Source: a virus
Strand: one strand, 5' to 3'
IMG/VR virus record: IMGVR_UViG_3300025735_000006
DNA length: 46,366 nucleotides
The position numbers and the translations under genes are program-made. Below, in pieces: positions 39,698-46,366 of the stretch; the first letter of the stretch is position 1; each line of letters opens with the position of its first letter. Below the pieces are notes generated by a model. The model was not told the origin of the DNA, did no database searches, and worked only from the letters and a program-made list of their open reading frames with translations.

Positions 39698-39761
39698 AGC
39701 ATCTTCACCACTAATTAATTAACTCATAACTCACTTCCCGTTTAACCACTTTATATTCGCT

Positions 39762-39789
39762 ATAGTAAACTATTTAGATTTAATTGCAA
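39762..39789 (-). promoter_or_regulatory. Sigma70-type promoter with the conserved TACTATAGCGAATATA box
   Basis: Minus strand reads TTGCAA (39784..39789)-16 nt-TACTAT (39762..39767). Confidence 0.65.
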
Positions 39790-39803
39790 GCATAATTTTT
39801 AAA

Positions 39804-39977
39804 TTATTTGCAGGTTATGATATTTTTCATACCAAGATCATCGGAATAAAACTCCACTCCCTCTTCTTTATTCTCCATAATCACTTTATCCAAGAACGGT
39901 ATTAAACTGGGAAAAACATCAGTAACAACATACTTTTTACCCTCAAACCAAACCCGATCACCAACTTTGTATTTCAT
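39804..39977 (-). CDS. Small ORF (57 aa), absent from the track
   Basis: ATGA overlap with the stop of 39974..40666. MKYKVGDRVWFEGKKYVVTDV. Confidence 0.45.
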   Translation of the reverse strand: MKYKVGDRVWFEGKKYVVTDVFPSLIPFLDKVIMENKEEGVEFYSDDLGMKNIITCK

Positions 39978-40666
39978 TTCTGATTACCTCTTAAAACTTC
40001 TAAAATTGCAGATGAATGTGACATTCCAGACGCAACAAGTTCTTTTACTTTCGCTTCAGTATTTTCTAGATTCTTGCGGTCTTCAGGGGTTAATATCTTC
40101 AAATAATCTTTTTTGATAACCCTAACGACTGGACGGCTTTCAATCTTTGGTGGCTCAATCCAAATAGATTGCAATTCACCTTTCTTAATTAACTCTTTTA
40201 CAACTTCTGTATAAGTCTCTTTGAACGATTCAAAAGCGTAATATTTTGCCTTCTCGTAGTTGTTGGCCCACTGTAGCTGATTAAACATGTCGTAAACGCG
40301 ATTGTAAGCCTCTCTCTCGGCGTTTGTGATTAAAACCGATGAATCACCCATCCAAGCGTTAATATTGGCTAGAGCAGCCGTTTTAGGCTTATATGATTGC
40401 TTCACATAATCCTCACACCATTCACGAAATTCTGTAAACACAGGACAGAATTTTGCAGTACGCATAGTTTGCAATCCAAATTTAATATGATCAGGTGTCA
40501 TGCCCTCCATAATCTCGCAACAAGTAGAAATTAAATTTTCCATGTATTGCTCGTCAGACATGCCATTTCGCTTAGGGTATGTGTTATCAAAACGTGCCCC
40601 GAAATATCCTTGCATCTTTTCGATTAAACCCATTGCCCATTTACGTGGAAATTCTTGTTCAATCAT
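39974..40666 (-). CDS. Lambda-P-like replication protein (helicase loader)
   Basis: GLQTMRTAKFCPVFTEFREWCED parallels the lambda P segment GMRVARRQNRPFLPSPGQFVAWCRE (from memory). Follows the DUF1376 gene. Confidence 0.5.
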   Translation of the reverse strand: MIEQEFPRKWAMGLIEKMQGYFGARFDNTYPKRNGMSDEQYMENLISTCCEIMEGMTPDHIKFGLQTMRTAKFCPVFTEFREWCEDYVKQSYKPKTAALANINAWMGDSSVLITNAEREAYNRVYDMFNQLQWANNYEKAKYYAFESFKETYTEVVKELIKKGELQSIWIEPPKIESRPVVRVIKKDYLKILTPEDRKNLENTEAKVKELVASGMSHSSAILEVLRGNQK

Positions 40667-41484
40667 TCTTTGTGCTCCAAAAAGTTGTATTGGTAATCAG
40701 GTGTAACGTCTCTCATCATTTCCTGTTGCATGTAATCGGCCATAGATGGTGTTTGTCTGCTTTGTGGTGTTGAGTAGCTTGATTGTTTATTTTGAATCCA
40801 AGATGGATCAAATCCTTTCCAATCTCTTTGAACACAAATTTCTAAAACTTGGTTCAAGTTCATATTTGATTTGTTCACGTTATTCATGAATAGATCAAAT
40901 GCTTTCTCAGTGTTAGTTGCCTTCTTGTTTTTTCTAACTGCCATAAATGCAATTGCTAAATCTTCAGTAGCTCCTTTCTCAATTAACGACTTCTTAAAAT
41001 CAAAACGTTTCGGCTTGTCCGAATCGCCTATATTATTAATACTCGTTATTGGTTTATCGTTATTGGTTAATGGTTGTTGGTTAGTATTACATTCGCTTTC
41101 TTCTTGCAATGCGTTCGCATTAATTTCGCAATCCGAATTATCACCACCTAAATCATTAACTTTATTACGTTTCTTACTCCATCTAGCATCAGCAGAAGCT
41201 TTTGCCTTTAAAGATTTGCTGTGATAAGCAGATAATTCACGCACTACATAATCATTAATATAACCTTCCGCAGTAAGTTCGAAGAAGTAATGCAATACAA
41301 TCTTAATGCTATCGGTATGCGAACGCATGCGTATTAGCATTGCAATTTCTTCGATGTTTTCAGGCAAAGGTTTTTCAGTTAAATAACAATGATCAAGCAT
41401 ACGTCTGTATGCAAGATCTTCTAAAGGCTCCAAGAAAGCCGTTTTGCTCATATAGTCTTTCGGCTTAAAAGTGTAGTAATGCAT
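40663..41484 (-). CDS. DUF1376 (YdaU-like) replication initiation / organiser protein
   Basis: MHYYTFKPKDYMSKTAFLEPLEDLAYRRMLDHCY is the typical DUF1376 N-terminus. Confidence 0.6.
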   Translation of the reverse strand: MHYYTFKPKDYMSKTAFLEPLEDLAYRRMLDHCYLTEKPLPENIEEIAMLIRMRSHTDSIKIVLHYFFELTAEGYINDYVVRELSAYHSKSLKAKASADARWSKKRNKVNDLGGDNSDCEINANALQEESECNTNQQPLTNNDKPITSINNIGDSDKPKRFDFKKSLIEKGATEDLAIAFMAVRKNKKATNTEKAFDLFMNNVNKSNMNLNQVLEICVQRDWKGFDPSWIQNKQSSYSTPQSRQTPSMADYMQQEMMRDVTPDYQYNFLEHKE

Positions 41485-42137
41485 TATTTCCCCCGAACAC
41501 TTTCTTTTGCCAATTCAGCAGCAATCCATTCAACACCTTTAGGTGTGAATAAGCACTGATTGAAAGCATGACCAGACTGACTCAATCCTGTGGATACATG
41601 AAAACGACCAGCATCAATATGATTGGCATAACCCATTAAAGCTCCATTTAATCGATACATGATTTTGTTGTCGGTTAGAAAATCTCTAAACTTTGGCTCT
41701 TTGATTTTTAAAAGTTTTGCTACTTCACGAAATCCTTTGTTGCCGACACTCTCAACATACTTTTCAACAAATTCAATTTTTGGCGCTGCAAGTTCTAATT
41801 TCTTAGCTTGGTCAGCGCAAAGTTGCAAAGCCTCTCCATATGTTTTAGGTATATAAAATTCCTCTTCAAGTTGCTTCCACCGCTTAATAATTGCCATGCG
41901 TAGTGGTGCGGAATATCCAGACACAAGACACATTGTTGTATCTTGATCAAGCAAATATGAAGTTTGTTTTCGGTTCATTGAGTCTAAATAGGTGTGTCCA
42001 AAATTGGACGCATCTATTTGTAGTTGCTCACACATGTTTTCAATATCACGTTTAACATGCTGGTGTTGCTTCATCGTTAATCCAGCAATTTCAAGACTAG
42101 ACATTGTTTTAACATTTGAATTGATTAATTGATTCAT
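41484..42137 (-). CDS. Rha-family regulator with a KilAC/ANT antirepressor C-terminal domain
   Basis: MSSLEIAGLTMKQHQHVKRDIENM (Rha N-terminus). FREVAKLLKIKEPKFRDFL..NKIMY (KilAC-like). Confidence 0.65.
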   Translation of the reverse strand: MNQLINSNVKTMSSLEIAGLTMKQHQHVKRDIENMCEQLQIDASNFGHTYLDSMNRKQTSYLLDQDTTMCLVSGYSAPLRMAIIKRWKQLEEEFYIPKTYGEALQLCADQAKKLELAAPKIEFVEKYVESVGNKGFREVAKLLKIKEPKFRDFLTDNKIMYRLNGALMGYANHIDAGRFHVSTGLSQSGHAFNQCLFTPKGVEWIAAELAKESVRGK

Positions 42138-42151
42138 TTAGAAATCCTTTT

Positions 42152-42358
42152 TTAAGATTGTTCTTCAAGGTAATTAACTTTTGTTAAGCTATTTAATTTT
42201 TTCTCTGCTTCTAAAAGTTCTTCCATTTTTTGTGGAGAAACCAAATAAGCAACCACATCACCATAACGAGTGATAATTACAGGACGATCCCAGCCAAGTA
42301 ATACGGCTGGATCTTTTTTGATTTCTGAAAATTTTAATAACGGTAACATTTTTAACAC
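42152..42358 (-). CDS. Phd/YefM-like antitoxin-fold protein, orphan (68 aa)
   Basis: RPVIITRYGDVVAYLVSPQKMEELLE matches the Phd/YefM core pattern (compare [25 protein letters not shown] in YefM, from memory). Confidence 0.5.
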   Translation of the reverse strand: MLKMLPLLKFSEIKKDPAVLLGWDRPVIITRYGDVVAYLVSPQKMEELLEAEKKLNSLTKVNYLEEQS

Positions 42359-42376
42359 TCCTTCTTTGTAGTTCTT

Positions 42377-42412
42377 ATTTTGGTACTATTTTTAGTATTA
42401 GTCAACACTAAT
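42377..42412 (-). promoter_or_regulatory. Candidate promoter with an overlapping palindrome upstream of the Phd-like gene
   Basis: Minus strand reads TTGACT (42400..42405)-17 nt-CAAAAT. Inverted repeat attagt-caac-actaat at 42397..42412. Confidence 0.4.
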
Positions 42413-42431
42413 TTTAAAATCCAAGACAAAT

Positions 42432-42451
42432 AAAAAGCCCGCTAGGGGCTT
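42432..42451 (-). terminator. Rho-independent terminator
   Basis: Minus strand reads AAGCCC-CTAGC-GGGCTT followed by TTTATTT. Confidence 0.65.
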
Positions 42452-42761
42452 ATTTGATGTAGGCTTCTTTAAAGACTTTTATTGCATCCTTTACGCTTAA
42501 ATCTGGATCTCTTTTATATATTTCTTTATATCCACCATCATGATCTATCTCTACTGTATCAATGCATGCTTCTCCAGCTAATTGATATAGGTATTGCCAA
42601 GGATCAATTTCATCATACCAAGACTCTTCACGAGATTGGCAGAATGTTTGCAGATGCCATTTGTTATTCCATAATTCAAATTCATCGTTTTGAGCTATTC
42701 CAGCTTTAATAAGCAATCTCTTTGCGGTTGTAGTTAACTTTTTATATTTGCGACTAGTCAT
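42450..42761 (-). CDS. Hypothetical protein (103 aa)
   Basis: ORF in the early arm. Confidence 0.6.
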   Translation of the reverse strand: MTSRKYKKLTTTAKRLLIKAGIAQNDEFELWNNKWHLQTFCQSREESWYDEIDPWQYLYQLAGEACIDTVEIDHDGGYKEIYKRDPDLSVKDAIKVFKEAYIK

Positions 42762-43021
42762 TTACTTCTCTCCAACTTAAAACAATTAAAACATTCATTG
42801 TTATAAACACGCCTCTCGAATGAGCCACAAGATTTACATGCTTTGGTATGCATAAATGTTCGCTTACCCATACTTCGAGCATTGGTTCTACGAATACGCC
42901 ATAAACTTATATCCTTTCTAGGCTCAATCTCGCCATTAATTTTAAAAGGTATAGCGGCATAGCCAAAACGGTCGGGGTTCATAAATCCGTCATTAATTAT
43001 TGTTTGCATATATAGCCTCAT
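42758..43021 (-). CDS. Zinc-ribbon protein (87 aa)
   Basis: CKSCGSFERRVYNNECFNC. The start may be ATG 43009. Confidence 0.55.
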   Translation of the reverse strand: MRLYMQTIINDGFMNPDRFGYAAIPFKINGEIEPRKDISLWRIRRTNARSMGKRTFMHTKACKSCGSFERRVYNNECFNCFKLERSK

Positions 43022-43181
43022 TTAAAAAATCAATAATTACTTTTGCATCATTTTGATCAAAGAAAATGTAGGCACCATCTTGCTTAATCATAAAATGCCC
43101 ATGTTCATCTTTCTTTATTGTTAAATCTTTATATTCTTCGCTTTCAATTTTTTTATCTTCGCTTAAATCAAGCCAACTCAT
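42993..43181 (-). CDS. Hypothetical small protein (62 aa)
   Basis: ORF with an ATGA overlap upstream. Confidence 0.5.
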   Translation of the reverse strand: MSWLDLSEDKKIESEEYKDLTIKKDEHGHFMIKQDGAYIFFDQNDAKVIIDFLNEAIYANNN

Positions 43182-43402
43182 TTCACTTGCCCCTTAATAA
43201 ATAATCGAACCAATGGAATTAAACCCTGTTCAGTCGTAAAATGGTCGCCAGTAAGTCGAGAATAAATCGGATACCAAACGCCGCGAACTTCAACTTGCAA
43301 TACTTGGAAATCACCTTTACCACTTCGATATTGAAATTGCTCTTTAATTAAGAATGATTTAAATTCTTCTAGCTTGGATTTGTGTAGCAATGCCCGTTTC
43401 AT
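43178..43402 (-). CDS. Hypothetical protein, paralogue of 43591..43914
   Basis: KLEEFKSFLIKEQFQY compared with QMEEFQNFLIDNGYDI. Confidence 0.55.
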   Translation of the reverse strand: MKRALLHKSKLEEFKSFLIKEQFQYRSGKGDFQVLQVEVRGVWYPIYSRLTGDHFTTEQGLIPLVRLFIKGQVK

Positions 43403-43405
43403 TTT

Positions 43406-43594
43406 TTATTCCTTATCAGCTATTACAGAAGTATTTTCATATGGTCTGTCACATTCCACCCATTGAAAACCATATCCGCCAATGTATCCAAAATCCGATT
43501 CAGCTTTATGCCAAATTCCATTTTCAAATTTATAGATATAAAATTCGCCGATATGCGTTGCTTCATTATTAATTTGTTCAATAGACAGTGTCAT
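43406..43594 (-). CDS. Small protein, distant ATH-motif family member
   Basis: IEQINNEATHIGEFYIYKFENG. Confidence 0.5.
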   Translation of the reverse strand: MTLSIEQINNEATHIGEFYIYKFENGIWHKAESDFGYIGGYGFQWVECDRPYENTSVIADKE

Positions 43595-43914
43595 TTTGAT
43601 TGCTCCTTAAATTGTGCGTAATACTGATCTTTTAAATAAAGCTCCATACTGTCTTGACCTATTGATCTATGGAACTCAGCAGCCATGTTATGAGCTAATA
43701 GATTCCCAGATCTTTTTTCGTAAACAATGCCGATTTTTCTACCCTTTCTAAATCTGAAAATTTCATCTTGATTTTTTTCTGTCAAAATGTCGTATCCATT
43801 ATCTATAAGGAAATTTTGAAATTCTTCCATCTGGCTATTAAAAATAGATATGTTTCTATTTTTGTATTGTCTATTGCTACCATAACGAGCTTTCAGCACA
43901 TCCCAATCATTCAT
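43591..43914 (-). CDS. Hypothetical protein (107 aa)
   Basis: ORF in the early arm. Paralogue of 43178..43402. Confidence 0.55.
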   Translation of the reverse strand: MNDWDVLKARYGSNRQYKNRNISIFNSQMEEFQNFLIDNGYDILTEKNQDEIFRFRKGRKIGIVYEKRSGNLLAHNMAAEFHRSIGQDSMELYLKDQYYAQFKEQSK

Positions 43915-44168
43915 TTAAAAGTTCCTTCTGGATATAATTCTATAATTGATTGCGCATCTTCTTTACCATGAACTTCGATTAAATAAAGTAATGGAATTTC
44001 TTCTGGAACATCGCACTCACCATCAACAAATGCTGCACAAGTTGCGCCACATCCACCACACATCCCAATATCAAAACAACGGCTTCGGCCTTTTGGAAGT
44101 CGATCATCTCTGTCATTTAGTTTAGATGCAAATATTTCAAATCCACGATCTGCTTTTGGCATTTTCAC
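43911..44168 (-). CDS. Cys-rich early protein (85 aa)
   Basis: RCFDIGMCGGCGATCAAFVDGEC. First gene after the early promoter, with a GGGAG SD. Confidence 0.55.
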   Translation of the reverse strand: MKMPKADRGFEIFASKLNDRDDRLPKGRSRCFDIGMCGGCGATCAAFVDGECDVPEEIPLLYLIEVHGKEDAQSIIELYPEGTFK

Positions 44169-44190
44169 TTACTCCCTAAAAATTAAACCA

Positions 44191-44227
44191 ATTGTTCCAT
44201 ATCTTAAATTAATTTGCAATAGCGAAT
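44191..44227 (-). promoter_or_regulatory. Candidate early promoter plus the TTGCAATAGCGAAT element
   Basis: Minus strand reads TTGCAA (44214..44219)-17 nt-AACAAT (44191..44196). Plus-strand element ttgcaatagcgaat at 44214..44227. Confidence 0.45.
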
Positions 44228-44240
44228 TTATTAGATAATT

Positions 44241-44260
44241 AAAAACCCGAATTAACGGGC
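44241..44260 (-). terminator. Terminator after the Cro-like gene
   Basis: Minus strand reads GCCCG-TTAATT-CGGGT followed by TTTTAATT. Confidence 0.55.
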
Positions 44261-44451
44261 TATTTGAGAAGTTCTTTCTTATTGGGATGTAGCTTAACTA
44301 AAGTCAATCCCATTTCGAAAGATGGCGACTTGCGCTTTCCGTTTTTAAGCTCACATATATAAGATTTAGAAATCCCCGTCTTTTCTGATAATGATGCTTG
44401 AGTAAATTTTTGATGCTCTAACACATCATTAATAATTTGTTTCCAGTCCAT
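44260..44451 (-). CDS. Cro/CI-type (XRE family) HTH regulator (63 aa)
   Basis: FTQASLSEKTGISKSYICELKNGKR is a helix-turn-helix. Monocistronic between a promoter and a terminator. Confidence 0.75.
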   Translation of the reverse strand: MDWKQIINDVLEHQKFTQASLSEKTGISKSYICELKNGKRKSPSFEMGLTLVKLHPNKKELLK

Positions 44452-44473
44452 ACGACCCTCCTGTATTGCCTAC

Positions 44474-44502
44474 ATAATAAAATATTAAATTCACTATTGC
44501 AA
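44474..44502 (-). promoter_or_regulatory. Leftward promoter of the switch region
   Basis: Minus strand reads TTGCAA (44497..44502)-17 nt-TATTAT (44474..44479). Confidence 0.6.
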
Positions 44503-44524
44503 ATATTATAATTTAGTTTACTAT
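44497..44524 (+). promoter_or_regulatory. Rightward promoter of the switch region
   Basis: TTGCAA (the same hexamer, 44497..44502)-16 nt-TACTAT (44519..44524), followed by AGAGAATAT. Confidence 0.6.
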
Positions 44525-44551
44525 AGAGAATATCTTAAGAGGAGAAGTAAG

Positions 44552-45421
44552 ATGAAATTTGAGAATATGCATGTAAAATGTGAAACAACTAAACAAAGAG
44601 AACAAGTTGAGTCTATTTTATTAAAAAATGGATTTAAATTTGTTGGGGTGGTAATTCGTGGTTATAAGGATGTCTCTGTTTCAGCGGGCAAAGAGTCTTT
44701 TACGCATACATGTAAAAGTGGATATCAAAAACAATATAATTTTAAAGAGTTCATGACAAAATATATAAAACAAAACGAAATGATTGAGCTGATCAATAAT
44801 GCAAAATCAGAACTTAAAATGAATGATAGTGATCTTTCTTTAGCTTTAGGTAAGTCGCGTCAATATATTGGAAAAATGTTGCGATTGCCGCAAAGTAAGA
44901 AAGTTCAGGATCTGGTTACTAAGGAGATTAATGCATTGCTTGCTCGTGATAAATTTAAAGAATTGTCTATTGGTAATCATGCCTATATTAGCGTTGAAAA
45001 TGCCGAAATTAAAAATGGTGAAATAGTTGTGACAGGAACAATTCAAGATCCAAAAGACAAACAAATTTCAGACCTCAAAAAAACAAATGAGCAACAAAAA
45101 CTTGTCATTGATAAATTGGATGATCAGTTGATTAAGGCTGAGAAAATTCACAATGAGGATGTGAAGGCTATTGAGCTTAAAGATAAACAAATTAAGGAGA
45201 TTAATGATTCAAGATTTAATATTAATCTCGAATTGGTGGAAAGTAAAAAACTTGTTGATGAGCTAACAGATGCATTGCAGTGGGAGCAAAAAGAATTTGA
45301 TAAAACTAGAGATGAACTTAAAGAGCTTAAATCATCATACACCACATCAAAAGCATTGAACTGGTTCTTTGTAGTGTCGATTATTTTAGCTGCAATCGTT
45401 TGGAAAGCTTACAATGGTTGA
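44552..45421 (+). CDS. Tail-anchored coiled-coil protein with an internal HTH-like segment (289 aa)
   Basis: GGAG SD. SDLSLALGKSRQYIGKML HTH-like segment. Long Lys/Glu heptad region. C-terminal WFFVVSIILAAIVW helix. Confidence 0.65.
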   Translation: MKFENMHVKCETTKQREQVESILLKNGFKFVGVVIRGYKDVSVSAGKESFTHTCKSGYQKQYNFKEFMTKYIKQNEMIELINNAKSELKMNDSDLSLALGKSRQYIGKMLRLPQSKKVQDLVTKEINALLARDKFKELSIGNHAYISVENAEIKNGEIVVTGTIQDPKDKQISDLKKTNEQQKLVIDKLDDQLIKAEKIHNEDVKAIELKDKQIKEINDSRFNINLELVESKKLVDELTDALQWEQKEFDKTRDELKELKSSYTTSKALNWFFVVSIILAAIVWKAYNG

Positions 45422-45466
45422 GTTTTGCAAAGTTTGTTGTAGTTATAAAGTTTTTATTAATAATTA

Positions 45467-45721
45467 TTGTGTAGGATGTGGGTTGAGATGAAAGAATCAG
45501 TTTTTTTAGGTTTAATGTATTTAATTGCTATATTTGTTTTGATTATAGTTGTTAAAGTGGCGGCTGCCCCATTCCAAGCTTACTCTTGCTCAAATTATGG
45601 GAATTTAACTGAAAGAAAAACAAATTATTCTATTTTTAATGGGTGTTTTGTTGAATATAAAGGTAAATTTATTCCTAGGTCTGAGCTAGAAAAAAGAATG
45701 ATCATGAATTTGGATGATTAA
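45467..45721 (+). CDS. Small membrane protein (start possibly 45488)
   Basis: VFLGLMYLIAIFVLIIVVKV helix, then a Cys-containing soluble part. Confidence 0.55.
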   Translation: MCRMWVEMKESVFLGLMYLIAIFVLIIVVKVAAAPFQAYSCSNYGNLTERKTNYSIFNGCFVEYKGKFIPRSELEKRMIMNLDD

Positions 45722-45726
45722 AAATA

Positions 45727-45750
45727 AATCCCCTTAATTGGGGGTTTTTT
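45727..45750 (+). terminator. Rho-independent terminator
   Basis: cccc-ttaatt-gggg followed by g and T6. Confidence 0.65.
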
Positions 45751-45761
45751 ATATCTGACAG

Positions 45762-45790
45762 TTGACAATACCACCTAATTAATTTACTAT
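45762..45790 (+). promoter_or_regulatory. Near-consensus promoter with the conserved TACTATAGCGAATATA box
   Basis: TTGACA (45762..45767)-17 nt-TACTAT (45785..45790). Confidence 0.7.
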
Positions 45791-45816
45791 AGCGAATATA
45801 GATAAGGGGAATAGAT

Positions 45817-46152
45817 ATGAAAAATACATTGATTTTAATCGGAGCTTTGGCAATGGCAGCATGTGCAAATCACACACCAGTTATTCAAGGGCCTTATGAA
45901 ATTGAGTCGGTAGACTTACAAAATGATGTGGCAGCTATTAAGTCTGGTGATTTGGTTTTAGAGGTTGAATTTGACGCTCGTCATTTTAAAAATGGTAATG
46001 GCTTTCAATCTTGGAATGACTTTGAGATCAGCCAAGTTAAAGAAGTAAAAGTATTCAACGAAGATGGTGAAACAGATAAATATGTTTTACCAAGTGAAGA
46101 AGTTTCAAGCATTGTTGATTTAATCGAAAAAGAAGTTGCGGAGAACATGTAA
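45817..46152 (+). CDS. Lipoprotein (111 aa)
   Basis: MKNTLILIGALAMAAC is a signal peptide with a lipobox Cys. GGGGA SD. Confidence 0.7.
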   Translation: MKNTLILIGALAMAACANHTPVIQGPYEIESVDLQNDVAAIKSGDLVLEVEFDARHFKNGNGFQSWNDFEISQVKEVKVFNEDGETDKYVLPSEEVSSIVDLIEKEVAENM

Positions 46153-46366
46153 TGAGTATTGAGGAATTAAGAATAGAAATTATGAAACATAAGCTTAAAA
46201 GCGCAATGTTTTTATCAATATATTGGGTGTGGTGTTTTAGTTTTTTTGTTTTTAATGCTGTGATGGTTGCTAGTGGTGGCGGCTTGTATTATGCGGCTAA
46301 TGGAATTATTCAAGTTTCATGTTTATTTTTAGCAGCAATGATGATTGAGGATTTATTAAATGAGCA
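46152..46366 (+). CDS. Wrap-around small membrane protein, N-terminal 71 codons (continues at 128..131 of the first copy)
   Basis: TAATG overlap with the lipoprotein stop. FLSIYWVWCFSFFVFNAVMV and IIQVSCLFLAAMMI helices. Confidence 0.6.
   Translation, partial: MSIEELRIEIMKHKLKSAMFLSIYWVWCFSFFVFNAVMVASGGGLYYAANGIIQVSCLFLAAMMIEDLLNE
46240..46366. repeat. Terminal overlap copy 2, identical to 1..127
   Basis: Same comparison as copy 1. Confidence 0.95.

Noticed and set aside
27245-45345. Other opposite-strand or nested track ORFs in the accessory and early regions: 27245..27460, 27423..27665, 29257..29439, 30621..30812, 31265..31474, 31441..31644, 32350..32553, 32489..32692, 32689..32931, 34184..34393, 34546..34758, 35532..35762, 37406..37675, 38888..39079, 39488..39688, 40500..40706, 40579..40773, 40871..41224, 41659..41856, 42482..42709, 43390..43572, 43768..43971, 44846..45064, 45148..45345.
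   Set aside because: All are embedded antisense or out of frame in better-supported genes that form overlapping, translationally coupled chains on the other strand.
1-46366. I looked for CRISPR arrays, rRNA genes, transposases or IS ends, reverse transcriptase (retron or DGR) and integrase.
   Set aside because: No regularly spaced direct repeats, no rRNA-like segments and no ORFs with transposase, RT (YxDD) or tyrosine/serine recombinase motifs were seen. The only repeats are the terminal overlap, the 19-bp junction pair and the short promoter boxes.

Overview
The window is a complete phage genome. Bases 1..127 are identical to 46240..46366, a circular-contig closure, so the unique length is 46,239 bp. 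It is a visibly AT-rich, contractile-tailed dsDNA phage. Two divergent transcription arms leave a switch region at 44452..44551 and converge on a bidirectional terminator at 4394..4427. The short plus arm (44552 -> junction -> 4396) encodes envelope-associated small proteins, an Erf/exonuclease recombination pair, MazG and small accessory ORFs. The long minus arm (44451 -> 4407) encodes early genes: a Cro-like HTH, an Rha/KilAC antirepressor, a DUF1376 protein plus a lambda-P-like replication pair, RusA, an orphan DNA methyltransferase and a tRNA-like gene. It then encodes TerS/TerL, portal, a Mu-F-like head protein, scaffold, major capsid, connectors, sheath, tube, a frameshifted chaperone, tape measure, baseplate, two receptor-binding proteins (one a beta-helix depolymerase-like tailspike), holins and a GH19 endolysin. 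I saw no integrase, CI-type repressor, polymerase or helicase, so the phage is probably virulent and loads the host replisome. The endolysin and the overall architecture resemble, from memory, about 45-kb Acinetobacter myophages (Obolenskvirus-like); this needs a BLAST check. There are no rRNA genes, CRISPR arrays or transposons. Most worth a second look: (1) a class II tRNA-Leu-like gene with a non-canonical anticodon loop, followed by about 190 nt of structured untranslated RNA; (2) a verbatim 18-nt promoter box (TTTACTATAGCGAATATA), plus a regulator gene bracketed by inverted 14-bp elements and divergent promoters sharing one palindromic -35; (3) self-contained morons and accessory cassettes inside the structural operon, including a promoter + 11-bp palindrome + membrane protein + terminator unit in the baseplate module; (4) a Gly-rich/poly-Q protein where spanins would be expected, next to an opposite-strand zinc-ribbon mini-gene; (5) a methyltransferase gene flanked by identical 19-bp direct repeats, next to a strongly acidic mini-protein; (6) an orphan Phd/YefM-like antitoxin. 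All functional calls come from motifs read by eye, with no database search.
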